From assembly GCA_035283985.1 (NCBI GenBank), contig DATESQ010000026.1, positions 644 to 64,643 on the forward strand: DNA of 64,000 bases. The letters are read 5' to 3'. The notes below the pieces were generated by a model. It was not told the DNA's origin, did no database searches, and worked only from the letters and a program-made list of their open reading frames with translations. Below, one piece after another: positions 44,852 to 54,237 of the stretch. The position numbers and the translations under genes were made by a program. The first letter of the stretch is position 1, and each line of letters opens with the position of its first letter. The DNA comes from Thermoplasmata archaeon. Lineage in GTDB: Archaea > Thermoplasmatota > Thermoplasmata > RBG-16-68-12.

Positions 44852-45481
44852 TCACACCCCCCGAAGCTTCGTGATCGCCGCTCCGAGCACGTAGGCGATG
44901 AGGAGGAAGACCCAGCCGAGGAGCACGGGAATGCTCGCGGCCGCCCTCGCCTCCGGATGGCGGACAATGTCCTTTCCGTACCGCCACAGGATGAATGCGG
45001 AGACGATGAACATCGGCAGCGTGAAGAGGGCGATGAACTCCTTGAACTCGAAGAAGACCGCGTGGATCTCGGGCAGGGTCTCCAGGAAGTAGCTCCTCGG
45101 GCCGCCCGGCGCACGGTATGCGATGTAGATCCAGTTCCCGAAGGCGATCGTCACCGCCGCCATGACGGCCGAGAACGTGGTGAGCCACTTCAGGTCGTCA
45201 AACGCTTTGATTTCCCCGATGAACAGTCTCCACGACAGGTAGACGGCGATGGTCGCTCCGAGCAGGAACATCGTGGCGCCGAGGCCGTGGAACGCGGAAA
45301 TGTAGTGCCACTGCGTGTCGCCGACGAGGAGTCCCGTCGGGGCGGTAACTGCCAGCAGCAAGCCGACGACCGCGACGGCGCCGACCGTGAGGATCAGCAG
45401 CGTCGCGAGCGACGGCTCCATCTTTCGGATTGTCGTTGCGAAAGGCGCTCTCATTCGGATTCCCTTCGGCATTGCAGTCAC
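44852..45481 (-). CDS. 4-TM membrane protein (hypothetical)
   Basis: 209 aa, four hydrophobic helices. Adjacent to and co-oriented with the preceding membrane protein. Confidence 0.5.
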   Translation of the reverse strand: MTAMPKGIRMRAPFATTIRKMEPSLATLLILTVGAVAVVGLLLAVTAPTGLLVGDTQWHYISAFHGLGATMFLLGATIAVYLSWRLFIGEIKAFDDLKWLTTFSAVMAAVTIAFGNWIYIAYRAPGGPRSYFLETLPEIHAVFFEFKEFIALFTLPMFIVSAFILWRYGKDIVRHPEARAAASIPVLLGWVFLLIAYVLGAAITKLRGV

Positions 45482-45612
45482 CTCGCTGAAGTTACGGTGC
45501 CGTGCTTATCGTCCTGACCAGTATGTACAGTCAAGACATCAGGGCGCCAACCCCGGCTCCACGGTGCCGGAACGTCCTGGGGACGCCATATCCCTTTCGG
45601 CGTCCTACAACC

Positions 45613-46479
45613 CTATCTCGTGGCCCGAATCGCGGCGGCAAACTCCGGCGCGACGGAGAACTTCGTCGCCCGCGACGGGATCGTGTCGGACGCCGCGACC
45701 TCGTCGCACACCGCGAGCTTGTCCCACGCGTTCGCCGTGAACAGCCCGTGGACGGCAGCGGCGAGCACGTGCCGGGCCCCTTGCGCTTTCAGTTCCTTCG
45801 CCGCCAGGGCGATGGTCCCTCCCGTCGAGATCACATCGTCGACGATCGCGACACGCTTCCCGCGCACGTTAAGGCGTTTCGGCTCGAATTTCACCGTGTA
45901 CGAGTCGAGCCGCGTCTTCCGGAGCGCGTCCCATGGCTTCCCCGCGGTCTCCGCGACCTCCTTCGCGTGGCGGACGGCCCCGTCGTCCGGGGCGAGAACG
46001 AAGTCGATGTCCCGGTCCTTGAGGTACCGGCCCACGGCGGGCATCCCGCTCACTTCCCGCGCGGGGATGTCGAAGAACTTCAGCACCTCCGGATTGTGGA
46101 GGCCCATCGTGAGGACTTCGTCCACGCCCACCTGAACGTGCTTCGCGAGGACCTTCGCAGAGAGCGCCTCGCCGGACTCGAACCGTTTGTCCTGGCGACC
46201 GTATCCAAAGTATGGGATGACGAGGGAGACCTTCCGAGGCCTCAGGTCCCGCACAGCATCAATGAGGAGAAGGAGTTCGACGACCTTCGGGTCTGGATGC
46301 GTAGACTGCACGAGGACGACTTCGTCTCCCGCCAGCGCCCCGAGCACGCGCACGTACCGCTCGGCGTCCGGAAACCCGCCGGGGTGCTTCTCGTAGGTCG
46401 TCTCGACGAACGTTCCACCGCCTGCGGTCGCGAGCCCACGGGCCAACGCGACGCTCGCGGATCCTGAGACGACCTTCAC
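45613..46479 (-). CDS. prs: ribose-phosphate pyrophosphokinase
   Basis: 288 aa from GTG (M)KVVSGSASVALARGLA.. PRPP-binding ..RVAIVDDVISTGGTIALAA.. The track ORF (to 47064) is over-extended. Confidence 0.8.
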   Translation of the reverse strand: MKVVSGSASVALARGLATAGGGTFVETTYEKHPGGFPDAERYVRVLGALAGDEVVLVQSTHPDPKVVELLLLIDAVRDLRPRKVSLVIPYFGYGRQDKRFESGEALSAKVLAKHVQVGVDEVLTMGLHNPEVLKFFDIPAREVSGMPAVGRYLKDRDIDFVLAPDDGAVRHAKEVAETAGKPWDALRKTRLDSYTVKFEPKRLNVRGKRVAIVDDVISTGGTIALAAKELKAQGARHVLAAAVHGLFTANAWDKLAVCDEVAASDTIPSRATKFSVAPEFAAAIRATR

Positions 46480-46533
46480 CGCGTCACCGTCGGCCAGATG
46501 GGCGAGACCGATATAAACCGTCCTTTCGGTCGT

Positions 46534-46554
46534 CGGATTCCGCGTCGGAATCCG
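46534..46554. promoter_or_regulatory. perfect 9-bp inverted repeat CGGATTCCG-cgt-CGGAATCCG in the prs / nicotinamidase-like divergent promoter region
   Basis: Lies between TATA-like GATATAAA (46517-46524) and CTTTATTC (46568-46575). Confidence 0.45.
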
Positions 46555-46605
46555 CACAACCAAATCTTTATTCGCTTGTCGTCTGTGAGCAGCTTGGGAC
46601 GACGA

Positions 46606-47145
46606 ATGACGAAGGCCCTTCTCATTGCGGACTTGGTGAACGACTTCGTGACGGGGAAGCTCGCGAACCCTCGCGCAAATCGGATCATTCCGAACGTGGC
46701 GCGGCTCGTCGCCGCGGCCCACACGGCCCACATCCCGGTGATCTGGTGCAACGACGCGCATCTGCCCACGGACTTCGAGCTCAAGATTTGGGGGCCTCAC
46801 AGCATGAAGGGCACGAAAGGCGCCGAGATCATCCCACAGCTCAAGCCGGCGAAGGGGGATTTCATCCTCGAAAAGCGGACGTATAGTGCCTTCTTCGATA
46901 CGGGGCTCGATTCCATCCTTCGCGCCCACGGCGTTGAGGACGTTGTGATCACGGGTCTCCTCACGAACATCTGCGGCATCCATACCGCCGCGGACGCATT
47001 CTTCCGCGGGTACAATCCGATCGTTCCCGAGGACGGCGTCGAGGCGCTCAGCGAGAAGGCCCATCGGGACGGCCTCGAGTACGTGAAGACGATGTACCAG
47101 ACCGAGATCACGAGCGCGGACAAGCTCCTCAAGCGGTGGAAGTGA
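46606..47145 (+). CDS. isochorismatase-family hydrolase (nicotinamidase PncA-like)
   Basis: 179 aa from MTKALLIADLVNDFVTG.. (catalytic Asp), ..WGPHSMKGTKGAEI.., ..VVITGLLTNICGIHTA.. (catalytic Cys). Confidence 0.75.
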   Translation: MTKALLIADLVNDFVTGKLANPRANRIIPNVARLVAAAHTAHIPVIWCNDAHLPTDFELKIWGPHSMKGTKGAEIIPQLKPAKGDFILEKRTYSAFFDTGLDSILRAHGVEDVVITGLLTNICGIHTAADAFFRGYNPIVPEDGVEALSEKAHRDGLEYVKTMYQTEITSADKLLKRWK

Positions 47146-47229
47146 ACCTGCGCGGACTCAGCCCGCAACCTCCATCGAACGTAGAGTTCGTTCCAAATCC
47201 TTTTCCCGACCCCAGTCAACGGCTCCCCG

Positions 47230-47370
47230 ATGGGCGTGCTCGAGTCGTGCTGTCCCGAGTGCGGGGGGCGACTCCGCGTTGTGTTCCACGATCGCAGCCT
47301 CGAGACCCTGTACGTCGAGCGGACGTGCGGGTGTGCCTCCGTACACGATCCGCCCGTCCTCCTTGACTGA
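47230..47370 (+). CDS. small zinc-ribbon protein (46 aa)
   Basis: MGVLESCCPECGGRLRVVFHDRSLETLYVERTCGCASVHDPPVLLD. CPECGG knuckle plus C-x-C. Below the track cutoff. Confidence 0.35.
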   Translation: MGVLESCCPECGGRLRVVFHDRSLETLYVERTCGCASVHDPPVLLD

Positions 47371-47431
47371 GTTCCGGGACCGTCTCCCGGTCAAGATGTG
47401 AATTCCCGGAGACCTCGCGCGGTCCGTTGTC

Positions 47432-47464
47432 CCTCCGGATATTCGGAGGAGAGCGTTTTTATAC
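47432..47464 (+). promoter_or_regulatory. inverted repeat CCTCCG-gatatt-CGGAGG followed by TATA box TTTTTATAC upstream of the archaeosortase gene
   Basis: TATA centre ~32 nt upstream of the ATG at 47492 (consistent with a leaderless archaeal transcript). 6-bp-arm palindrome immediately upstream. Confidence 0.45.
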
Positions 47465-47491
47465 GCCGCCCTCGCGTGGCGAGGACCGTCG

Positions 47492-48682
47492 ATGCGTTTC
47501 CCCGAGATCGAAGCGCTCCTCCGCCGCCACCGGACCGCGTCCGTCCTCGCGGGCCTCCTCCTCGTCTTCGCGGGCGTCGACCTCCTGTTCAACCCGCCGA
47601 AGGGCCAGTTCATCGAGCTCTTCGGGATCCCGTTCCTCGTGGCGGGGCTCTCGGTCCTCGCCCTCGTGTTCCGGCGGACAGGGACTTTCGGGGCGGGCGA
47701 GCCCCGCCAGACCCTCGGGTCCCGCCTGATCGAGCGCCTCACGCTCCGCGGCTGGCTCGTCCGGTACCTGCCCGCAATGGCGATCGCGATCATCGCGCTG
47801 GACCTCGCGTATAACCTCGCCGTGTTCGGGGAGATCTCGATCGGCACGGAGGACACCGCCGTCCTCCTGTTCGCGGTCGCGATGTTCGCGTACCCCCTCG
47901 TGCCCGCGGGCTACGAGCGGGAGCGGGACTTCGTCCTCCTCTTCATCGGCGTCCTCATCGCGATCCTTGTTCTCCCTCTCCTCCTCGCGCGGCTGTACTA
48001 CCAGGACTTCGAGAGGAGCGTCGACATCTACTCCTGGACGGCCCTCGCGCCGCAAACCGCGTGGACCCTGAACCTCCTCGGAGTCCCCGCGGAGGTCCGT
48101 GCGTTCCCGTGGACGACGGCGCCCGCGGTCGCGTTCGTCACGCAGGGCGGCACCCAGCTCACCGTCATCATCACGACGTCGTGCTCGGGGATCTACAGCT
48201 TCGGGATCTTCGCGAGCGCGTTCGTTGCGTTCGTCCTCACGGAGTATGAGCGGTTCGAGCCGCGGGTGTTCGTGCTCCTCGGCCTCGGGTTCCTCACCTC
48301 GTACGTCGCGAACATCCTCCGGATGGTGATGATCGTGCTCTTCGGCGTCTACAGCGCGACGCCCGAGGCGAGCTTGCAGAACATGCTCGTCGCCCACTCG
48401 AACCTCGGGTGGATCATCTTCCTCGGATGGATCACGCTGTTCTGGGCGATCGTGTTCCGTTTCTTCGTTCGGCGTCCGGGACCCGCGCCGAAGCCCGAGC
48501 CCCGGAAGCGCGGGGTTCTCTGCGGGATCTGCGGGGATGTCTTGACTCCTGCCCTGCCCGGGTACCGATGCGAGTGCGGGAAGTTCTACCACGTCGCCTG
48601 CGCCGCGACGGTCGAGCAGTGCCCGCGATGCCATCGGCGGATGAAGGTGGGAGAGGCCTCGGGGCTTCCGGCATCCCTCTGA
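47492..48682 (+). CDS. archaeosortase/exosortase-family transpeptidase with C-terminal cytoplasmic zinc-finger extension
   Basis: 396 aa, 8 TM. Conserved catalytic-Cys motif ..IITTSCSGIYSFGIF.. and downstream Arg/Asn-containing helices typical of the EpsH/ArtA family. C-terminal 60 aa: CGICGD..YRCECGKFYHVACAATVEQCPRCHRRM (C4HC3-like). Confidence 0.65.
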   Translation: MRFPEIEALLRRHRTASVLAGLLLVFAGVDLLFNPPKGQFIELFGIPFLVAGLSVLALVFRRTGTFGAGEPRQTLGSRLIERLTLRGWLVRYLPAMAIAIIALDLAYNLAVFGEISIGTEDTAVLLFAVAMFAYPLVPAGYERERDFVLLFIGVLIAILVLPLLLARLYYQDFERSVDIYSWTALAPQTAWTLNLLGVPAEVRAFPWTTAPAVAFVTQGGTQLTVIITTSCSGIYSFGIFASAFVAFVLTEYERFEPRVFVLLGLGFLTSYVANILRMVMIVLFGVYSATPEASLQNMLVAHSNLGWIIFLGWITLFWAIVFRFFVRRPGPAPKPEPRKRGVLCGICGDVLTPALPGYRCECGKFYHVACAATVEQCPRCHRRMKVGEASGLPASL

Positions 48683-48798
48683 AGGACCTCGGCCCCGTCG
48701 TTCCCATAGCAGTTCCGGCCCTGCGGCACCCCCGCAAAACCTTCTCACAGAAGGCAATTGCATGGACGGAAGTTAAGTATCGGAACGGCGACTGGCCA

Positions 48799-49476
48799 TT
48801 GGCGGTTTCGAAGTTGCAGGACTCTGCGCCATTCTACTATGAGTCTCCCGATGTCGTGAGGGATTGGGTTCGCCGTTATGAAAGCCTGACGCCGAGTGAT
48901 CGAATTCGCTTTGCGGCTAAGCTGCGGCTCATCGTTGAAGCCGGTAAGATCGGCCCAAGCTCCCGAACTCTCAGCGTAGGTGCTGGAACGGGGGATAACG
49001 AGAGTCGCCTTCCGGGTCATCGGATTTGCATGGATCGGTCAGCCAGTATGTGCCTAGTTCAGAAGGAAAAGGGGTTAGTCACCGTGCAGGGCGATGCCGA
49101 GCATCTTCCCTTCAGGGATTCCTCATTCGAACTGGTCCTGGCAATCGACCTCTCGCCGTTGTACTATTCCGCCGCTCAGAGACTGCGTGTCCTCGTCGAG
49201 TTCAAGCGAATGCTTCGCCCTAGAGGACGCATCGTGTTGCTCACCGCCAATGAGCGGTGGGTGAGGCTGATGAGTTTGGTTCGATTCGGCAATCCGAATG
49301 CTGATCGAGCCCGGGTGCCACCCGCCGAGATTGATCGACAGCTCCGTTCTCTCGGAATTCGCGTCATCCGAGTTCCAAGTGTCGAACGCATTAGGATGGA
49401 GCCGAGGAACGTCCTTGGGACACTTTTCGGGCTGAACTTGATGAATCACTGGACTGTCACGGTCGGAGCCAAGTGA
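48799..49476 (+). CDS. class I SAM-dependent methyltransferase (start uncertain: TTG 48799 / TTG 48814 / GTG 48856)
   Basis: Motif I LSVGAGTGD, ..VQGDAEHLPFRDSSFELVL.. (motif II/III region). No in-frame ATG before motif I, so a non-ATG start is inferred. Confidence 0.55.
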   Translation: MAVSKLQDSAPFYYESPDVVRDWVRRYESLTPSDRIRFAAKLRLIVEAGKIGPSSRTLSVGAGTGDNESRLPGHRICMDRSASMCLVQKEKGLVTVQGDAEHLPFRDSSFELVLAIDLSPLYYSAAQRLRVLVEFKRMLRPRGRIVLLTANERWVRLMSLVRFGNPNADRARVPPAEIDRQLRSLGIRVIRVPSVERIRMEPRNVLGTLFGLNLMNHWTVTVGAK

Positions 49477-49553
49477 CGAGTGCTAGACGACCTTCCGACC
49501 GATCGATCTGGCTTGATGGTGCGGGGCTCACTGTTCCCGTAACCGCCTGGTGC

Positions 49554-50321
49554 TCAGGAAGAACGCAACACCTGGCGGAGGTCGCGGACGAAAGCCGCCA
49601 TGCGTCGTGAGCGGCCGATCCTCAGCCTTCGCTGCGGCCATGGACCGATGGGAACCCCGAGTCCGAAATCGATTGTGGACTCCCTGATCAACCGGTCGAG
49701 ATCCACAAACTGAACCCGTCGCGTCTTGAGGAGGTCCCATTCGCGCCGGAACAGACGTGTGACACGCTCGCCTTTCGTGTAGCGGCTCGACAGGTGGTCC
49801 GAGCTCCCGAGCGCGGCAGGTTCCTTCAGGTTCTCGCCCATAGCGACCGTGTACCACCGCATCGTTCCGAGCCGGACGAGCCGGAGCCACATGTCGACGT
49901 CCTCGTTCGTGTTCAAGCTCCGGCGTCCCCCGACCTGGAGCCACTGGTTGCGGGGAAAGATCCCACAGAAGAGTGCCTGAACAGAGAAATCCTCGTACCG
50001 CTCGAGATACCTCTCCAGGAACTGCTTCAAAAGCGGGCTGTACACAACATCCGTGTCGAGGACCATGATATGCGCGCCGCGAGAGTGATCGAACGAGATC
50101 TGGCGCCCCTCGCCCATCGTGCACCTCCGCGTCAGCACCTTGAAGTTTCCATGCCGAGATGCCCATTCTCGCAGAATCGCTTGACTCGCATCCTTGGAAT
50201 GGTTGTCGGTAACAATGTACTCGAAGTCGAATTTACCAAGGTTGTCGTATACGGATTGGAGATGCCGGTCGAGGGCGTGCGCGCAATCATAGTTGGTAGC
50301 GCAGATGCTAAGGCTTGTCAA
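49554..50321 (-). CDS. family 2 glycosyltransferase
   Basis: 255 aa, ..SLSICATNYDCAHALDRHL.. GT-A fold with the DTD (VLDTDVV) motif. Confidence 0.75.
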   Translation of the reverse strand: MTSLSICATNYDCAHALDRHLQSVYDNLGKFDFEYIVTDNHSKDASQAILREWASRHGNFKVLTRRCTMGEGRQISFDHSRGAHIMVLDTDVVYSPLLKQFLERYLERYEDFSVQALFCGIFPRNQWLQVGGRRSLNTNEDVDMWLRLVRLGTMRWYTVAMGENLKEPAALGSSDHLSSRYTKGERVTRLFRREWDLLKTRRVQFVDLDRLIRESTIDFGLGVPIGPWPQRRLRIGRSRRMAAFVRDLRQVLRSS

Positions 50322-51298
50322 CTTGCTCTCCCCCTCACTTCGTTCACAGCGGAACGGAGCGATTCCAGGCGGTGGCTAAGCGCGAACCGTTCTTCGACTC
50401 GTCGGCGGGCATCCGCCCCGCGGTCGCTACGAAGGGCCTGTCGAACTGCGGCCGTCAAACCGTCCACATCACCGTACTCGACACAGAATCCTGCGTCTCC
50501 GACAACTTCTGGCAAAGCCCCGCGATTCGTCGCAACGGGAACACACCCGCTTGACATCGCCTCCGCGACGGCGACGCCAAAACCCTCTGTATACGATGGC
50601 TGGACGTACACCTTCGCTCGGCCCAGCAGCGCACGGAGTTCCTCGTCTCGTAGCCAGCCCGTGAGCGTCAGGTTCTCGCCTCCAATCTTGCGGAGTTCTT
50701 CCGCAGCGTCGTCGATGTGTTGGCCCACCAAGACAAACGGGACCTCGGGGACCTCTCGTGATGCAATCGCGAAGTCCAGCAGTCCCTTTCTGCGGAGATT
50801 CTCCCGACTTACAATTCCGACCGTGACGACAAGGTCCTCCTTCGATCTCGGATGGAACTGAGTGACGTCGACGCCGAGGTACGCCGTCCTCACGTGTGCT
50901 CTCGGTGCGAGTGTCCTGATCGACCTTGCGCTCCACTCCGAGAAAGCGAGGATGAGGTCGGCTGATGAGAGGGCGAGTCTTGCTCGAAGCGCCGCCCATT
51001 CATTTTGGAGAATTCCGTAGCCTATCTCGGGCATAACAGAGATATCCCACCCGCCAGCGATAACAATCGATCGTCTCCGAAGCGCCCTCCCGGCAAGGTT
51101 TGCCATCGCCGCGAATCCTAGGGCGAACCAAGACACAATCACGTCGGCCCGTGCGACATTCGCGAGTAACAGCGGGTAACTCGCTTTCCCCCGAAACTTG
51201 AGCGGGATCACGTCGGAAAATGACTTCAGGAGAGCCAGGTCTGTCTTCACAAACGATGAGTCCATCGGATAGATGAAGAGGACTCGGGGGCCCGTCAC
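50318..51298 (-). CDS. family 4 glycosyltransferase (GT-B)
   Basis: 326 aa. C-terminal ..VYVQPSYTEGFGVAVAEAMSSGCVPVAT.. EX7E-type motif. Confidence 0.75.
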   Translation of the reverse strand: MTGPRVLFIYPMDSSFVKTDLALLKSFSDVIPLKFRGKASYPLLLANVARADVIVSWFALGFAAMANLAGRALRRRSIVIAGGWDISVMPEIGYGILQNEWAALRARLALSSADLILAFSEWSARSIRTLAPRAHVRTAYLGVDVTQFHPRSKEDLVVTVGIVSRENLRRKGLLDFAIASREVPEVPFVLVGQHIDDAAEELRKIGGENLTLTGWLRDEELRALLGRAKVYVQPSYTEGFGVAVAEAMSSGCVPVATNRGALPEVVGDAGFCVEYGDVDGLTAAVRQALRSDRGADARRRVEERFALSHRLESLRSAVNEVRGRAS

Positions 51299-51441
51299 TG
51301 GCCGGAGTTATCCACTCCCGGTCTTTAAGCGCAACCCCGTGATTCTCCGAGACAGGAGCTAGTGTAGCAGCGAACCACACGTCAATGTGATCAAAGGCAT
51401 TCGTTGCGGTAATCTCCGCTTGAGGGCGACTCGCCAGATCG

Positions 51442-51963
51442 GTGCGATTGAGTCGTCGAAAAGAAAACCGCGTCGTGGCCTTTAATAGTGGCCTTGTCGC
51501 TCGCGCCCCTATGCCCCAACGGGCGACCCGCCCGCTTCGAGTCCGATTTCGTTCCTCGGTTTTCCTGCTACCGGCTTGGTTCAGCCCAAGTTCTGCACTG
51601 CGTGCTGCCTTTCATCGAGCCCGCGGCGCACGAATCGGACGCGATGTGGAAATCGGCTACTTTGTGATTCTCGACAACCTTTATCCCGAACACGTTGTGG
51701 TTGAAAATGGGGCGACGATAGCCGCTCGATCGACGGTTCTCGCCCACGATGAAGCGCGTGCGTACACGAAGGGGGAGGAGGCTCGGGTGGCGACGACGCG
51801 AATCAAGGAGGGAGCGTTCGTCGGAGTCCACTGCGTGGTTTTGCCAGGCGTTACGGTCGGCCGTGAGGCCATCGTGGGCGCGGGATCCGTTGTAACAAAG
51901 GATGTCCCTGATGGTGGGGTCGTTGCGGGAGTGCCCGCAAGGGAAGTACCATCAAAACAGTAG
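51442..51963 (+). CDS. hexapeptide-repeat (left-handed beta-helix) acetyltransferase
   Basis: ..IGRDVEIGYFVILDN.., ..VVENGATIAARSTVLAH.., ..EGAFVGVHCVVLPGVTVGREAIVGAGSVV.. Start may be downstream of 51442. Confidence 0.6.
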   Translation: MRLSRRKENRVVAFNSGLVARAPMPQRATRPLRVRFRSSVFLLPAWFSPSSALRAAFHRARGARIGRDVEIGYFVILDNLYPEHVVVENGATIAARSTVLAHDEARAYTKGEEARVATTRIKEGAFVGVHCVVLPGVTVGREAIVGAGSVVTKDVPDGGVVAGVPAREVPSKQ

Positions 51964-52016
51964 GCTGTGACTCATGACTTCGGAACCTGGAGCGCTCTCA
52001 CACGTTTTCCTGGTCA

Positions 52017-53228
52017 TCAGGTTTCTCGAGCGACCGTCTCGCAAATGGTAAGTATCCTTTGAGCGACACCTGCCCAGCTGTGGTCACGGGCAACGGCGGC
52101 GGGACCCTTCAATGGCATCTCCTCCAAGAGGCGGGTGTCGCTGAGGACCTTTGTCATCTTGTCCGCGAAGTCCTGAGGGTTATCTGGTTCGGCGAGGGAA
52201 CCGACACCTTCCCGCTCGACCCAATCTCCGATTCCCGCCACGGCGCTTACGACGACCGGGCGACCGCAGGCAACGTACTCGTAGACTTTCATCGGAGAGC
52301 TTCCGATTCGCGTGTTGCGCTCCCGCGTGAGCGGAGCGATGCCGAGGTCGCAGGCGCTGATGTAAAGGGCGACCTCCTCATAGGGTACTTTCCCCGCGAA
52401 TCGAACCCGGTCATCTACCGCGAGTTGTCGGGCGAGCGCTTCGAGTGCGGCTCTTCGAGGGCCGTCCCCGACGATGAGTAGTCTCACGGTGGAAGGTCCC
52501 GCGGCGAGGAGTTTCATTGCGCGAATCGCAGTCTCGACGCCGTGCCAGGGATACAGTCCGCCAACGAAACAAATCCAGCGGCTCTCGGGATCCAACCCGA
52601 GTCGGCGTCGGCAGGCATCCTTGTCTAACGCTCTGAACAGCATCATGTTGGCTGCGTTTTCGATGACCACCAGACGTTGTAAGGGGAGGTCATAGAGCCG
52701 GCGCATTTCTCCGGCCAGGCCCTCCGTCACGGTCACAACTCGCTGCATCTGACGGAAGATCAAGGAGAACGCGTACTCTCTTAGTGGGGGCGGGAGGGCG
52801 GACCTACGCTCCTTACCCAGCATTTTCATTTCGTCCTCCACAAGGCCGTTGATTTCGACCACCGCAGGCACTCCGGTCATCATCGAAACCGCCGCCGAAA
52901 TCTTCGGGAGAAACCGACGTTCATAGATGACGTCCGGCCGGAAGCGCTTCGTCTCGCGGAGAACGTTCATGAGTTCCTCGACCGTTGGGCCACCTCCCGT
53001 TGGCCGAACCGAGGTGCGAGGACCCATTCCGTTTGAAGACCATGCCGACTCCCGTGAGGTCAACAGGAGAATGTCATGGCCCAGGGCTGCCATGTTGCGA
53101 ACAACCTCCTTGACATGGATGCATTCGGCGTGGTCCTCTTCGGGCTTCAGGTCCAGCGCGAGGAACAGCAAGCGCACGGCGCGCGGATGGACGGCATCCC
53201 CCGATGAAGGTTGCGACGCTGTTTGCAT
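52017..53228 (-). CDS. family 4 glycosyltransferase (GT-B)
   Basis: 403 aa from MQTASQPSSG.. ..MKVYEYVACGRPVVVSAVAG.. GT4 C-terminal motif. Confidence 0.75.
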   Translation of the reverse strand: MQTASQPSSGDAVHPRAVRLLFLALDLKPEEDHAECIHVKEVVRNMAALGHDILLLTSRESAWSSNGMGPRTSVRPTGGGPTVEELMNVLRETKRFRPDVIYERRFLPKISAAVSMMTGVPAVVEINGLVEDEMKMLGKERRSALPPPLREYAFSLIFRQMQRVVTVTEGLAGEMRRLYDLPLQRLVVIENAANMMLFRALDKDACRRRLGLDPESRWICFVGGLYPWHGVETAIRAMKLLAAGPSTVRLLIVGDGPRRAALEALARQLAVDDRVRFAGKVPYEEVALYISACDLGIAPLTRERNTRIGSSPMKVYEYVACGRPVVVSAVAGIGDWVEREGVGSLAEPDNPQDFADKMTKVLSDTRLLEEMPLKGPAAVARDHSWAGVAQRILTICETVARET

Positions 53229-53301
53229 AGCCGTGACTACCGTTGCCCGTCGCGTCGGATTCCGGCCGGTGCGCGTCGCAACTCCTATGAATTTGTGCAC
53301 T

Positions 53302-54237
53302 CTATTCGACCCGACGGAGAGCTGCCTGTAGCTTCGGCAGCTCGGCCTCGCGGTACCACTCAATGTACCGTCTCATCCCTTCCTCGAATTCGACGACCGG
53401 TTCCCATTTCAGATCGCGCTTCGCCTTCTTTGAAGAAACGTCCTTTCCACGATAGTCTCCGGGCCGGGGCGGCTTGTACTCGATCTTCACTTCGCCGAGA
53501 ATTTTCTGGATTGTCTCAGCGACCTCCTTTACTGATATCGGCCTCGGCCCTTCGAGGTTGTAGATCTGGTTCTCTGCGATGTTCGCGAGGGCGAGTACAT
53601 TCCCTCGAGCGAGATCCTCGACATACAGGAAATTCCTGTACTGCATCCCGTCACCGAAAATCGTGAGGGGTTCGCCGAGGAGCGCTTTTCGAATGAAGAT
53701 CGGGACGAGCGTTCCTGCGCGAGCGCGGGGGCCATAAGGGATGCCGTATCGCAGAATCGTGAAGGGCACACCGTAGAGCCGCGAATAGTCATGGATATAG
53801 AGCTCCGAAGCAATCTTCGTCGACGTGTAAATGTGTCCCGCGCCGGGCATGTAGAACGGGCTGTCTTCGTGGACGTCCGTCCCCCGCGCGCCCCCGTAGA
53901 CCCATACGGTGCTTGCGAAGACGAAGCGCTCCGTGCGGGAACGCCTCGCCGCTTCCAGGAGATGGAGCGTTCCGAGCGTGTTCGCTCTGACCGTTTCCAC
54001 GGGCTTCTGATACGCTTCGTCGACGTTTGAGACGGCTGCGAGGTGGAAGATCTGTTCCGCATCCCTGCAAGCGTCTAGGACTTCGTTCTTGCTGTTGATG
54101 TCAACCTTCGCAAACTCAACCTCGGGACGATGCGGGGGGAGCGTGTCCAAGACGCGCACCTCGAATCCGTCCTCAAGGAGCCGGTCGACGAGGTGGGAGC
54201 CGATGAACCCGCTCCCGCCACTTACGACTGCAACCAC
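53302..54237 (-). CDS. NAD-dependent nucleotide-sugar epimerase/dehydratase (SDR extended family)
   Basis: 311 aa from GTG (M)VAVVSGGSGFIGSHLVDRL.. Catalytic YTSTK (YxxxK). Confidence 0.8.
   Translation of the reverse strand: MVAVVSGGSGFIGSHLVDRLLEDGFEVRVLDTLPPHRPEVEFAKVDINSKNEVLDACRDAEQIFHLAAVSNVDEAYQKPVETVRANTLGTLHLLEAARRSRTERFVFASTVWVYGGARGTDVHEDSPFYMPGAGHIYTSTKIASELYIHDYSRLYGVPFTILRYGIPYGPRARAGTLVPIFIRKALLGEPLTIFGDGMQYRNFLYVEDLARGNVLALANIAENQIYNLEGPRPISVKEVAETIQKILGEVKIEYKPPRPGDYRGKDVSSKKAKRDLKWEPVVEFEEGMRRYIEWYREAELPKLQAALRRVE

Noticed and set aside
45481-45613. TGTACAGTC 9-mer shared between 45522 and 55508
   Set aside because: Single short coincidence containing a common palindrome (TGTACA). 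No extended similarity in flanks.
45613-47064. 483-aa ORF for prs
   Set aside because: Similarity to ribose-phosphate pyrophosphokinase begins at (V)KVVSGSAS. The upstream 195 aa would overlap the divergent nicotinamidase-like gene and its promoter. Trimmed to GTG 46479.
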